Below are positions 11,816-24,060 of a DNA stretch of 64,000 nt, in pieces. The DNA comes from Squalus acanthias (Eukaryota). The stretch covers positions 62,001 through 126,000 of the forward strand of contig JASTWF010000367.1 of the NCBI GenBank assembly GCA_030390025.1, given 5' to 3'. Below the pieces are notes generated by a model that saw only the letters and a program-made list of their open reading frames with translations, ran no database searches and was not told the DNA's origin. The first letter of the stretch is position 1. Every line of letters starts with the position of its first letter. The position numbers and the translations under genes were made by a program.

Positions 11816-12754
11816 CTCCAACCTCTGACTGGAAGCTGCTGTATCAAAATACAAATCGAATCGGTTTGACAACTAGTTTAACAATGAACAAAGTTAGAAC
11901 GAATGATTGCGTGGTGAACGATCAAACGAACGATAATCGAGTGAACGCACGCAGGCGCGCACTTAGACAAATGATACGCCCGCACGCATTCATACACACA
12001 TATTGGAACTTACCATCGATCGAACGAACGAACGAACGCTTGAATGAACGAACGAAAAATTGAATGAATGATCAAATGATCGAACGAACAATGCCAGTGG
12101 GCTGGCGTAAAACGGGATTTTTTTCTTGGTTTATTGGAATAAATGTTATCTGCAGCATTTAATTGGATTATGATGGTGCTATGTGTTTGTACACTGGTGT
12201 TGAAGTGCTTTTTGTTTTATGTGGAGTTAACTTTGTGATTTATTATTTTAAATCTAATAAGTTGTGTGGTATTGTTTAAGGGTATTTGTACTGTAAACAT
12301 TATTGATTATTTGTAAAATTAATCATTGCTTTTATATTAACTATAAGGCTGTTTTTAAGGCTTTATGTTTTACTGTGATGGATGAATGTAATGGATTTAC
12401 TATGTAATTGATGAGTTGTACAGGTATTATTGTTTTTGAATAAAAATATTTGAACAAAGTTAGTTAGAAACAATTCTTTATGAAGTATTATTCCAATAAA
12501 AGAGACCCAGCTCTAGGAATGAATTGTGACGCCTCTATCTGGGACTTTATGAACCGTTCCACGGATTCCTGATGTTTGATCTTTCAGACCAACACCTCAG
12601 AGCCAGTGTCTGGTGTTTCAGTGCGGGGAGGGCGAGCCGCCTCGAAAGGCCAACACATTAACCATTTAACTGCTGAATGAAGGTGTCCTTGAATGGGGAG
12701 GAAATGATGTCTCCATGGTCACTTCTCTCCTGTGACTGGATGGTATTCAGTGCC

Positions 12755-12965
12755 GCTCCCTATTCACCCATCACCCCTGTGCTCACTGACCTACATTGGC
12801 TCCCGGTCCAGCAACACCTCGATTTTAAAGTTATAATTCATGGCCTGGCTCCTCTCTATCTCGGTAACCTCCTCCAGCTCAACAACCCTCCGTGATCTCT
12901 GCGCTCCTCCAATTCTGGCCTCTTGCACATTCCCGATTTCCTTCATCCCTCCATTGGCGTTCAGC
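12755..12965 (+). mobile_element. L2 LINE ORF2 C-terminal fragment
   Basis: SPITPVLTDLHWLPVQQHLDFK, the L2-clade C-terminal signature. Confidence 0.85.
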
Positions 12966-12972
12966 TCCCATG

Positions 12973-15079
12973 GGGGCGGTTCTGTCTGAGACAGGGGACA
13001 GGTCAGTGCGAGACAGGGGGCAGTTCAGTCTGAGACAGGGGACGGATCAGTCTGAGAGGGGCTGATTCACTCTGAGAGTGGGCGGTTCAGTCTGAGAGAG
13101 GGGACGGTTCAGTCTGAGAAAGGGGACGGTTCAGTCTGAGAGAGGGGACGGTTCCGTCTGAGAGAGAGGGAGGTTCAGTCTAAGAGAGGGGGCGGTTCAG
13201 TCTGAGAGAGGGGACGGTTCAGTCTGAGAGAGGGGGCGGTTCAGTCTGAGAGAGGGGGCGGTTCAGTCTGAGAGAGGGGGTGTTACAGTCTGAGAGAGGG
13301 GGGGTTCAGTCTGAGAGAGGGGACGGTTCAGTCTGAGATAGGGGGCGTTTCAATCTGAGAGAGGAGGCGGTTCAGTCTGAGAGAGGGGGTTTTCAGTCTG
13401 AGAGAGGGGGCGGTTCATTCTGAGAGAGGGGGCGGTTCAGTCTGAGAGAGGGGGCGGTTCAGTCTGAGAGAGGGGACGGTTCAGTCTGATAGAGGGGGCG
13501 TTTCACTCTGAGAGAGGGGGCGGTTCAGTCTGAGAGAGGGGACGGTTCAGTGTGAGAGAGGGGACGGTTCAGTCTGATAGAGGGGGCGTTTCAGTCTGAG
13601 AGAGGGGACGGTTCAGTCCGAGAGAGGGGACGGTTCAGTCCGAGAGAGGGGACGGTTCAGTCTGAGAGAGGGGACGGTTCAGTCTGAGAGAGGGGGCGGT
13701 TCAGTCTGAGAGAGGGGGAGGTTCAGTCTGAGAGAGGGGGGGATTCACTCTATGAAAGGGGCGGTTCATTCTTAGAGAGGGGACGGTTCAGTCTGAGAGA
13801 GGGTGGTTCAGTCTGAGAGAGGGGTGTTCAGTCTGAGAGAGGGGACGGTTCAGTTTGAGAGAGGTGGGTTCAGTCTGAGAGAGGGGCGGTTCAGTCGGAG
13901 AGAGGGGGCGGTTCAGTCGGAGAGAGGGGGTGGTTCAGTCTGAGGGAGGGGGCGGTTCAGTCTGAGAGGGGGTGGTTCAGTCTGAGAGAGGGGGCGGTTC
14001 ACTCTGAGAGAGGGGTGGAGTTCAGTCTGATAGAGGGGGCGGTTCAGTCTTAGAGAGGGGACGGTTCAGTCTGAGAGAGGGTCGGTTCAGTCTGAGAGAG
14101 GGGTGGTTCAGTCTGAGAGATGGGATGGTTCAGTCTGAGAGAGGGGACGGTTCAGTCTGAGAGAGAGGGGCTTTCAGCCTGAGATAGGGGGTTCAGTCTG
14201 AGAGAGGGGCAGTTCAGTCTGAGAGAGGAGGGTTCAGTCTGAGAGAGGGGAAGGTTCAGTTTGAGAGAGGTGGGTTCAGTCTGAGAGAGGGGCGGTTCAG
14301 TCGGAGAGAGGGGGCGGTTCAGTCGGAGAGAGGGGGCGTTTCAGTCTGAGAGAGCGGGCGGTTCAGTCTGAGAGGGGGGGTTCAGTCTGAGAGAGGGGGC
14401 GGTGCACTCTGAGAGAGGGGTGGGGTTCAGTCTGAGAGAGGGGGCGGTTCAGTCTTAGAGAGGGGATGGTTCAGTCTGAGAGAGAGTCGGTTCAGTCTGA
14501 GAGAGGGGTGGTTCAGTCTGAGAGATGGGACGGTTCAGTCTGAGAGAGGGGCGGTTCAGTCTGAGAGAGGGGGGGTTCAGTCTGAGAGAGGGGGGAGTTC
14601 AGTCTGAGAGAGGGGGAGGTTCAGTCTGAGAGAGGGAGCGGTTCAGTCTGAGAGAGGGGACGGTTCAGTCTGAGAGAGGAGGCGGTTCAGGGTGAGAGAG
14701 GGGACGGTTCAGGGTGAGAGAGGGGTCGGTTCGGTCTGAGAGAGGGGACGGTTCAGTCTGAGAGAGGGGGCGGTTCAGGGTGAGAGAGGGGACGGTTCAG
14801 GGTGAGAGAGGGGACGTTTCAGTCTGAGAGAAGGGACGGTTCAGTCTGAGAGAGGGGGCGGTTCAGTCTGATAGAGGGGCGGTTTAGTCTGAGAGAGGGT
14901 CGGTTCAGTCTGAGAGAGGGGGGTTCTGTCTGAGAGAGGGGCGGTTGAGTTTGAGAGAGGGGGCGGTTCAGTCTGAGAGAGGGGGCGGTTCAGTCTGAGA
15001 GAGGGGGCGGTTCAGTCTGAGAGAGGGGGCGGTTCAATCTTTGAGAGGGGGTTCAGTCTGAGGGAGGGGCGGTTCAGTT
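12973..15079. repeat. 22-bp G-rich minisatellite (agagagggggcggttcagtctg); resumes at 16352-16400
   Basis: Directly visible; interrupted by the LINE at 15080-16350. Confidence 0.96.
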
Positions 15080-16350
15080 TGATGCCCAGTTTGGGTTCCG
15101 CCAAGATCACTCGGCTCCTGACCTCATTACAGACTTGGTCCAAACATGGACAAAGGAGCTGAATTCCAGAGGTGAGGTGAGAGTGACTGCCCTTGACATT
15201 AAGGCAGCATATGACTGAGTCTGGCATCAAGGAGCCATAGTAAAACTTTAATCAACGGGAATGAGGGGGAAATGGCTCCACTGGCTGGAGTTGTACCGAG
15301 CACAAAGGAAGATGGTTGTGGTGTTTGAAGGTCAATCATCACAGCCCCAGGACATCGCTGCAGGAGTTCCTCAGGGCAGTGTCCTAGGCCCAACCATCTT
15401 CAGCTGCTTCATCAATGACCTTCCCTCCAACATAAGGTCAGAAATGGGGATGTTCGCTGATGACTGAACAGTGTTCAGCGCCATTCACAACTCCTCAGAT
15501 AATGAAGCAGTCCATGCCCACATGCGACAAGACCTGGATGACGTTCAGGCTTGGGCTGATAAGTGGCAGGTAAAATTTGCGCCAGAGAAATGCCAGGCAA
15601 TGGCTATCTCGAACAAGCGAGAGTCTAACCACCTTCCCTTGACATTTAATGGCATTACCATCGCCAAATCCCTCAGCACCAATATCCTGGGGTCACCATT
15701 GACCAGAAACTTAACTGGACCAGCAACATAAATACTGTGGCAACAAGAGCAGGTTTGAGGTTAGGTATTCTGCGGCGAGTGTCTCACCTCCCGACTCCCC
15801 AAAGCCTTTCCACCATCTACATGGCAGAAGTAAGGAGTGTGATGGAATATTCTCCGCTTGCCTGAATAAGTGCAGCTCCAAGAACACTCAAGAAGGTCGA
15901 CACCATCCAGGACCGCTTGATTGGCACCCCAGCCACCACCTCAAACATTCACTCCCTCCACCACCGGCGTACCGTGGCTGCAGTGAGTACCATCTACAAG
16001 ATGCACTTGCAGCAACTCGCCAAGGCTTCTTCGGCAGCACCTCCCAAATCCGCGACCTCTTCCACCTTGTAGGACAAGGGCAGCAGGCGCATGGGAACAC
16101 CACCACCTCCAAGTTCCCCTCCAAGTCACACGCCATCCTGACTTAGAAGTATATCGCCGATCCTTCATCGTCGCTGGGTCAAAATCCTGGTGCTCCCTAC
16201 CTAACAGAACTGTGGAAGTAGCTTCTCCACACGGACTGCAGCGGATCAAGAAGGCAGCTCACCACCATCTTCTCAAGGGCAATTAGGGATGGGCAATAAA
16301 TTCTGGCCTTGCCAGCGACGTCCAGATCCCATAAACGAATATGAAAAAAA
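15080..16350 (+). mobile_element. 5'-truncated non-LTR retrotransposon of a second family (CR1/Zenon-like RT)
   Basis: [31 protein letters not shown] and GMFADD motifs with in-frame stops; 3' end gggcaataaa...gccagcgacg then an A-tail. Confidence 0.88.
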
Positions 16351-16397
16351 TGTCTGAGAGAGGGGGCGGTTCAGCCTGAGAGAGTGGGGGTTCAGTC

Positions 16398-16954
16398 TGA
16401 CAGAGTGAGGGATTCACCAGTGTTGTGAGATAAGGCTCACTGTTAATACTGCCGGAGTCGGACCAGTACCAGCACTGACAGAGTGAGGGATTCACCAGTG
16501 CTGTGTGATAAGGCTCACTGTTAATACTGCTGGAGTGGGACCACTACCAGCACTGACAGAGTGAGGGATTCACCAGTGCTGTGTGATAAGGCTCACTGTT
16601 AATACTGCAGGAGTGGGACCAGTACCAGCACTGACAGAGTGAGGGATTCACCAGTGCTGTGAGATAAGGCTCAATGTTAATACTGCAGGAGTGGGACCAG
16701 TACCAGCACTGACAGAGTGAGCAATTCACCAGTGCTGTGTGATAAGGCTCAATGTTAATACTGCAGGAGTGGGACCAGTACCAGCACTGACAGAGTGAGG
16801 GATTCACCAGTGCTGTGAGATAAGGCTCACTGTTAATACTGCAGGAGTGGGACCAGTACCAGCACTGACAGAGTGAGGGATTCACCAGGGCTGTGAGATA
16901 AGGCTCACTGGTAATACTGCAGGAGTGGGACCAGTACCAGCACTGACAGAGTGA
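16398..16954. repeat. 78-bp minisatellite, left part (~7 copies)
   Basis: Unit tgacagagtgagggattcaccagtgctgtgagataaggctcactgttaatactgcaggagtgggaccagtaccagcac. Confidence 0.96.
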
Positions 16955-16955
16955 A

Positions 16956-17329
16956 GGACCTGGGTGGAGCGACAGCGGCGAGGCGGCGGCTTTAAAAGAG
17001 GCGGCGGCGACCAGTTAGGCCCACAGAGTCGGCGGACCTGGGTGGAGCGACAGCGGCGAGGCGGCGGCTTTAAAAGAAGCGGCGACCAGGTAGGCCCACA
17101 GAGGCGGCGGACCTGGGTGGAGCGACAGCGGCGAGGCGGCGGCTTTAAAAGAGGTGGCGGCGACCAGGTAGGCCCACAGAGGCGGCGGACCTGAGTGGAG
17201 CGACAGCGGCGAGGCGGCGGCTTTAAAAGAGGTGGCGGCGACCAGGTAGGCCCACAGAGGCGGCGGACCTGGGTGGAGCGACAGCGGCGAGGCGGCGGCT
17301 TTAAAAGAGGCGGCGGCGACCAGGTAGGC
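16956..17329 (+). promoter_or_regulatory. CpG-rich tandem 78-bp monomers (~4.8) forming the CR1 5' end
   Basis: Monomers start at 16956, 17034, 17109, 17187 and 17265 (one is 75 bp); each has gctttaaaag; CRE TGACGTCA follows at 17385-17392. Confidence 0.75.
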
Positions 17330-17600
17330 TTACCAATCTGAGCCACGAGAGCGGGAGAGAGAGAAGTAGAAAATAATCAAAGTGTGACGTCACCAGAAAG
17401 CAGGTAAGTGATTGATTGGTGAGTATTTCTCTTTTGCTCCTTTTTTCCGTACTTAAATTCTGTGGTTTATAGTTTCTAGAGTCTCTGTGGTGTAGCGGGG
17501 ACTGCTGTTAAGCAAGGGCCCTTGAGTATATCATTTAATTGAAGTGAAATTGGTGGGATTCAATTAGTTTAATTTTAATTAATTAATTAAAGGGTAAGTC

Positions 17601-18550
17601 ATGGCAGCAGAACTCGGCGCCGTGATATGCTCCTCCTGCAATATGTGGGAAATCAGGAACACTTCCTGTGTCCCTGACGACCATGTGTGTGGGAAATGTA
17701 TCCAGCTGCAGCTACTGACGGACCGCTTTGCGGCGCTGGAGCTGCGGATGGATGCATATTGGACCATTTGCGACGCTGAGAACGTCGTGAATAACACGTT
17801 TAGCGAGTTGGTTACACCGCAGGTAAAGGGTGTACAGGCAGAAAGTGAATGGGTGACCACCAGGCAGAGTAAGAGGTGCAGGCAGATAGTGCAGGGTCCC
17901 CTGTGGCCATCCCCCTCTCAAACAGATATACCACTTTGGATGCTGTTGGGGGGGATGACTTATCAGGGGAAGGCGGCTGCAGCCAACTTCCTGGCACCAT
18001 GGGTGGCTCTGCTGCACAGGCTGGGAGGAAAAAGTGTGGAAGAGCTATAGTGATAGGGGATTCAATTGTAAGGGGAATAGATAGGCGTTTCTGCGGCCGC
18101 AATCGACACTCCAGGATGGTGTGTTGCCTCCCTGGTGCAAGGGTCAAGGACGTCTCAGAGCGGCTACAGAACACTTTGGAGGGGGAGGGCGAACAGCCAG
18201 TTGTCGTGGTGTACATAGGCATCAACGATATAGGTAGAAAACGGGATGAGGTCCTAAAAGCAGAATATAGGGAGTTAGGAGGTAAATTAAAAAAGAGGAC
18301 CTCAAAGGTAGTAATCTCAGGATTGCTACCAGTGCCACGTGCTAGTCAGAGTAGAAATAGGAGGATATTTCAAATGAATACGTGGCTAGAGGAATGGTGC
18401 AAGGGGGAGGGATTCAAATTCCTTGGACATTGGAACCGGTTCTGGGGGAGGTGGGACCAGTACAAACGGAACGGTCTGCACCTGGGCAGGGCCGGGACCG
18501 ATGTCCTAGGGGGATTGTTTGCTAGTGCTGTTGGGGAGGGTTTAAACTAA
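17601..18550 (+). pseudogene. CR1 ORF1 (Cys zinc finger/leucine zipper plus SGNH esterase), frameshift near 17900
   Basis: CSSC...CGKC...LQLLTDRFAALE in one frame; IVIGDSIVRG...GINDIG...NGLHL in another. Confidence 0.9.
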
Positions 18551-18672
18551 AGTGGCAGGGGGTTGGGAACCTGAGCAGGGAGACAGAGGAAAGGGAAATA
18601 AGGATAAAAGCTAAAGACAGGAAGGAGAAAAACAAAAGTAGAAGGCAAAGAACTCAACGGTTTAAATCAAAC

Positions 18673-21507
18673 ATGGTCTCAGTAAATAATAATTCATATA
18701 GGTCTGAGAGCGTTAAAAAAACAAGCCTGAAGGCTTTGTGTCTTAATGCAAGGAGCATTCGGAACAAGGTGGATGAATTAGCTGCGCAAATAGAGGTAAA
18801 TGAAGACGATTTGATTGGGATTACAGAAACATGGCTCCAGGGTGGCCAAGGCTGGGAACTCAACATCCAGGGTTATTCAATATTTAGGAAAGATAGGCAA
18901 AAAAGAAAGGGAGGTGGGGTAGCATTGCTGGTTAAAGAGGGGATTAACACAATTGAAAGGAAGGATATTAGCTCTGATGATGCGGAATCTGTATGGGTAG
19001 AACTGAGAAATAACAAGGGGCAGAAAACGTTAGTGGGAGTGGTATATAGACCTCCAAACAGTAATACGGAGGTTGGGGACGGCATTAAAAGGGAAATTAG
19101 GGAAGCATGCAGTAAGGGCACAGCAGTCATCATGGGTGACTTTAATTTACATATAACCAAATTAGTAAAAATACTGTGGAGGAGGAATTCCTTGAATGTT
19201 TACGAGATGGTTTTCTGGAAGAATATTTCGAGGAACCAACCAGAGATCAGGCCATCTTAGACTGGGTATTATGCAACGAGAAAGGATTAATTAGCAATCT
19301 TGTTGTACGAGGCCCCTTGGGTCAGAGTGATCATAATATGATAGAATTCTTCATTAGGATGGAGAGTGAAGTAGTTGAATCAGAGACTAGGGTCCTGAAT
19401 TTAAATAAAGGAAACTACGATGGTATGAGGCGCGAATTGGGTAGTATTGATTGGAGAATGTCACTCAAGGGGTTGACGCTGGATAGGCAATGGCAAACAT
19501 TCAAAGACTGCATGGATGAACTACAGAATTTGTACATCCCAGTGTGGCATAAGAATAAAACAAAAAGGGTGACTCAACCGTGGCTAACAAGGGAAATTAG
19601 GGATAGCATAAGATCCAAGGAGAGGGCATATAAATTGGCCAGAAAAAGCGGTAGCCCTGATGATTGGGAACAGTTTAGGATTCAACAAAGGAGGACAAAG
19701 GGATTAATTAAGAAGGGGAAAATAGAATATGAAAGTAAGCTTGCTGGGAACATAAAAACTGACTGTAAGAGCTTTTATAGATATGTGAAGAGAAAAAGAT
19801 TAGTGAAATCAAGTGTAGGTCCCTTGCAGTCAGAAGAGGGGGAAGTTATAATGGGGAACAAAGACATGGCAGCACAATTAAATGCATATTTTGGTTCTGT
19901 CTTCACAAAGGAGGACACAAATAACCTCCCAGAGATGATGGAGAACATACGGTCTGATGAAAGGGAGGAACTGAAAGAAATCAGTATTTGCAGGGAAATG
20001 GTGCTAGGGAAATTGACGGTATTGAAGGCCGATAAATCCCCAGGGCCTGATAATCTACATCCTAGGGTACTTAAGGAAGTGGCACTAGAAATAGTAGATG
20101 CATTGCTGATAATCTTCCAACATTCGATGGAATCTGGAACTGTACCCATGGATTGGAGGGTAGCTAATGTTACCCCACTATTCAAAAAGGGTGGTAGAGA
20201 GAAAGCGGGGAATTACATCGGTAGTGGGGAAAATGCTAGAGTCCATTATAAAGGATGTAATAGCTGAGCATTTGAAAAACAGTGACAGGATCGGACAAAG
20301 TCAACATGGATTTACAAAAGGTAAATCGTGCTTGACTAATCTACTGGAATTTTTTGAGGATGTAACTGGGAAAACAGATAAGGGAGAACCAGTAGATGCG
20401 GTGTATTTGGACTTTCAAAAGGCTTTCGATAAGGTCCCGCATAAGAGATTAGCGGGTAAAGTTAAGGCACATGGGATTGGGGGCAAGGTATTGACTTGGA
20501 TAGAGAACTGGTTGGCGGACAGAAAGCAGAGAGTAGGAATTAATGGGTCTTTTTCCGAGTGGCAAGCAGTGACTAGTGGGGTACCGCAGGGATCGGTCCT
20601 TGGACCCCAGCTATTCACAATATACATTAATGATCTAGAAAAGGGAATTAAATGTAATATCTCCAAGTTTGCAGATGACACAAAGCTGGGTGGGAGTGTG
20701 TGCAGCGAGGAGGATAGCGAGAAACTCCAGGATGATCTGGACAGGTTGGGTGAGTGGGCAGAAGCGTGGCAGATGCAATATAACGTGGATAAGTTCGAGG
20801 TTATCCACTTTGGTGTCAAAAACAGGAAGGCAGACTATTATCTGAATGGCAATAGATTGGGAGAAGGGGAAGTGCAACGAGACCTGGGTGACCTTGTGCA
20901 CCAGTCGCTGAAAGTAAGCATGCAGGTGCAGCAGGCGGTGATGAAGGCAAATGAAATGTTGGCCTTCATAGCGAAAGGGTTTGAGTATAGGAACAGGGAT
21001 GTCCTGCTGCAGTTGTACAGGGCCTTGGTGAGACCACACCTTGAGTACTGTGTGCAGTTTTGGTCGCCTTATCTGAGGAAGGATGTTCTTGCCATGGAAG
21101 GAGTTCAGCGAAGATTCACAAGGCTGATACCTGGGATGGCAGGAATGACATATGAGGAGAGATTGAGTCGATTGGGCTTATACTCACTGGAGTATAGAAG
21201 AATGAGAGGGGATCTCATCGAAACATATAAAATTCTGACAGGTCTGGACAAACTAGATGCAGGAAGAATGTTCCCGATGTTCGGAGAGTCCAGAACCAGG
21301 GGTCATAATCTAAGGATAACGGGTAAACCATTTAGGACAGAAATGAGGAAGAATTTCTTCACCCAGAGAGTGGTGAACCTGTGGAATTCCCTACCACAGA
21401 AGGTAGTTGAGGCGAAGTCATTAAATATATTCAAGGATGAGTTAGATATATTTCTTAAAGCTAAAGGTATCAAGAGATATGGGGAGAAGGCAGGTACAGG
21501 GTACTGA
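18673..21507 (+). pseudogene. CR1 ORF2 (APE endonuclease plus reverse transcriptase), frameshifts near 19155 and 20215
   Basis: [52 protein letters not shown]. Confidence 0.95.
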
Positions 21508-21595
21508 GTTTAGATGATCAGCCATGATCTCATCGAATGGCGGAGCAGGCTCGAGGGGCCGAATGGCCTACTCGTGCTCCTATCTTCTATGTTTA

Positions 21596-22501
21596 TGTGA
21601 TAAGGCACACTGTTAATACAGCAGGAGTGAGACCAGTAACAGCACTGACAGAGTGAGGGATTCACCAGTGCTGTGTGATAAGGCTCACTGTTAATACTGC
21701 AGGAGTGGGACCAGTACCAGCACTGACAGAGTGAGGGATTCACCAGTGCTGTGAGATAAGGCTCACTGTTAATACTGCAGGAGTGGGACCAGTACCAGCA
21801 CTGACAGAGTGATGGATTCACCAGTGCTGTGAGATAAGGCTCACTGTTAATACTGCAGTGTGGGACCAGTACCAGCACTGACAGAGTGAGGGATTCACCA
21901 GTGCTGTGAGATAAGTCTCACTGTTAATACTGCAGGAGTGGGACCAGTACCAGCACTGACAGAGTGAGGGATTCACCAGTGTTGTGTGATAAGACTCACT
22001 GTTAATACTGCAGGAGTGGGTCCAGTACCAGCACTGACAGAGTGAGGGATTCACCAGTGCTGTGAGATAAGACTCACTGTTAATACTGCAGGAGTGGGTC
22101 CAGTACCAGCACTGACAGAGTGAGGGATTCACCAGTGCTGTGAGATAAGACTCACTGGTAATACTGCAGGAGAGGGACCAGTACCAGCACTGACAGAGTG
22201 AGGGATTCACCAGGGCTGTGTGATAAGGCTCACTGTTAATACTGCAGAAGTGGGACCAGTACCAGCACTGACAGAGTGAGGGATTCACCAGTACTGTGTG
22301 ATAAGGCTCACTGTTAATACTGCAGGAGTGGGTCCAGTAGCAGCACTGACAGAGTGAGGGATTCACCAGTGTTGTGAGATAAGGCTCACTGTTAATACTG
22401 CAGGAGTGAGACCAATACCAGCACTGACAGAGTGAGAGATTCACCAGTGCTGTGTGATAAGACTCACTGTTAATACTGCACGAGTGGGTCCAGTACCAGC
22501 T
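21596..22501. repeat. 78-bp minisatellite, right part (~11.5 copies)
   Basis: Same unit as 16398-16954. Confidence 0.96.
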
Positions 22502-22865
22502 CTGATGACGTGGGGTTACTTACACGGTGAGTCCGGCGCAGGCGCAAAGGAATGGCCAGGCCCCCAACAACGGCAGCCGCTGTGGGAGTAGCTATGACGT
22601 CATCCGCGCGCTGCCGTACTCGCGCTGAGGCGGTTTAACGGCCGTGCGGGGTCATATCAGGAGCCCCGTGATCCCGAGCCGCCTGCGCTCTTCAACAGAG
22701 TGGTCGTTGCCCTGTGACGTTGCGGGCTAGGATTGGTGAACGCAGCTGTCAATCTACGAGTCGCAGCCAACAGAAGAGACGGACTCCGTGATCGACGTTA
22801 ATTTGTTGCGCCAGTGCGTTCTGTGGCCGCAGTGCGCATGCTCGGTGCTGCTCCCTGTCCCCGGA
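22501..22865. promoter_or_regulatory. CpG-island promoter, possibly bidirectional
   Basis: CpG-dense non-repeat sequence with NRF1-like gcgcaggcgca and tgcgcatgc, CRE atgacgtcat near 22595, and a minus-strand donor GTAAGT at 22523-22518. Confidence 0.7.
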
Positions 22866-23509
22866 TGACCCCAAGGCTCCAGTACTTCCCCGGAGCAGAG
22901 AAACTACGCCATGTTCTTCGCAGCCTTCAACATGTCATCGATGACGACGAACACCTTGCTAAGGCGATCCCCACGCCTCCACTACTCGCCTTCAAGCAGC
23001 CGCCTAACCTCAAAAGTACCATCGTTCGCAGCAAATTACCCAGCTTTCAGGAGAACAGCGACCACGACACCACACAACCCTGCCACGGCAACCTCTGCAA
23101 GACATGCCAGATCCTGGACACAGATACCGTCATCACACGTGAGGACACTACCCACCAGGTACATGGTACATACTCATGTGACTCGGCCAACGTTGTCTAC
23201 CTGATACGTTGCAGTAAAGGATGCCCCAGAGCATGGTACATCGTTGAGACCATGCAGATACTGAGACAACGTATGAACGGACACCGTGCAACAATCGCCA
23301 GGCAAGATGGTTGCCTCCCAGTCGGGGAACACTTCAGCAGTCAAGGGCATTCAGCCTCGGATCTGCGGGTTAGCGTTCTCCAAGGCGGCCTTCGGGATGC
23401 ACGACAACGCAAAATCATCGAGCAGAAACTGATAGCCAAGTTCAGCACTCATGAGGATGGCCTCAATCGGGATATCGGGTTCATGTCACGATACAAAAAC
23501 GTGACTTGA
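22838..23509 (+). mobile_element. Penelope-like element C-terminal fragment: linker plus GIY-YIG endonuclease, uninterrupted 223-aa frame
   Basis: AFKQPPNLK, C-C-C linker, NVVYLIRC...WYIVET...LRQRMNGHR, VGEHF, EQKLI...GLNRD; ATGs at 22838 and 22865 come from the flank. Confidence 0.88.
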
Positions 23510-23728
23510 CATCGTTGCCGGTCTTTCCAGTTAAAAAAAAAACAAACACAAGAAACAAACCCAAATGGAGAGGATATGCAGCCAGCAGGTTTTTTGACAC
23601 GTTGGACCCCCTGGGACACATCTCATTGTCTTGGCTGTGCTCTTAGTGTATCTTTGATGTAGGGAAAGATTGAATGCATTTTCTCTGTGTTTATATTGTG
23701 AATTCTGATAGATTGTCTCACAGTAACT

Positions 23729-23768
23729 TTACCTGAAGAAGGGGCAGAATAGCTCCGAAAGCTTGTCA
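23729..23768 (+). ncRNA. Minimal type I hammerhead ribozyme of a Penelope pseudo-LTR
   Basis: CTGAAGA core at 23733, stem II ggggc/gctcc, GAAA, palindromic AAGCTT mini-stem III; stem I is weak. Confidence 0.72.
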
Positions 23769-23829
23769 TTTTAAATAAATCTGTTGGACTATAACCTGGT
23801 GTTGTGCGACTTCTCATTCCTGTAAAATT

Positions 23830-23950
23830 CGGTTGAGGAAGGAACGGTCCCGGAGATAAAATGTCCGAGTTACCGGGGAGCCGCTGAGAACCGGACTGAG
23901 GAGCGGCGGATGGAGCCGGATCAGAGACTGGACGGGCGGCGATGGTGCGG
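23830..23950 (+). other. Candidate first exon of a + strand gene
   Basis: CpG-rich unique sequence ending at a strong donor CGG|GTGAGT (intron from 23951). 5' boundary approximate. Confidence 0.55.
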
Positions 23951-24060
23951 GTGAGTTTGGGGATCAGAGAATCAGAGACATTTACAGCACAGAAGGAGTC
24001 TTGTCCCCGCCGGCCGGCCGACAGAGAGCGATCCTCCCCAGGCCCACTTTCCAGCTCCTT

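Larger units (their letters stand above)
16955..21595 (+). mobile_element. Near full-length CR1 LINE (5' UTR monomers, ORF1, ORF2, 3' tail), inactivated by small indels
   Basis: ORF1 and ORF2 motifs in order and a CR1 3' UTR; embedded in the 78-bp array. Confidence 0.96.

Noticed and set aside
19775..21039. Antisense ORFs over CR1 RT (also 33126-34118 and 38452-38820)
   Set aside because: Shadow frames of RT coding sequence with no independent support.
16955..21595. Autonomously active CR1
   Set aside because: ORF1 has one frameshift and ORF2 has two, including multi-base deletions.
16544..22444. Cys/Trp-rich 26-aa repeat ORFs (CQCWYWSHSCS)
   Set aside because: Translation of the 78-bp minisatellite.
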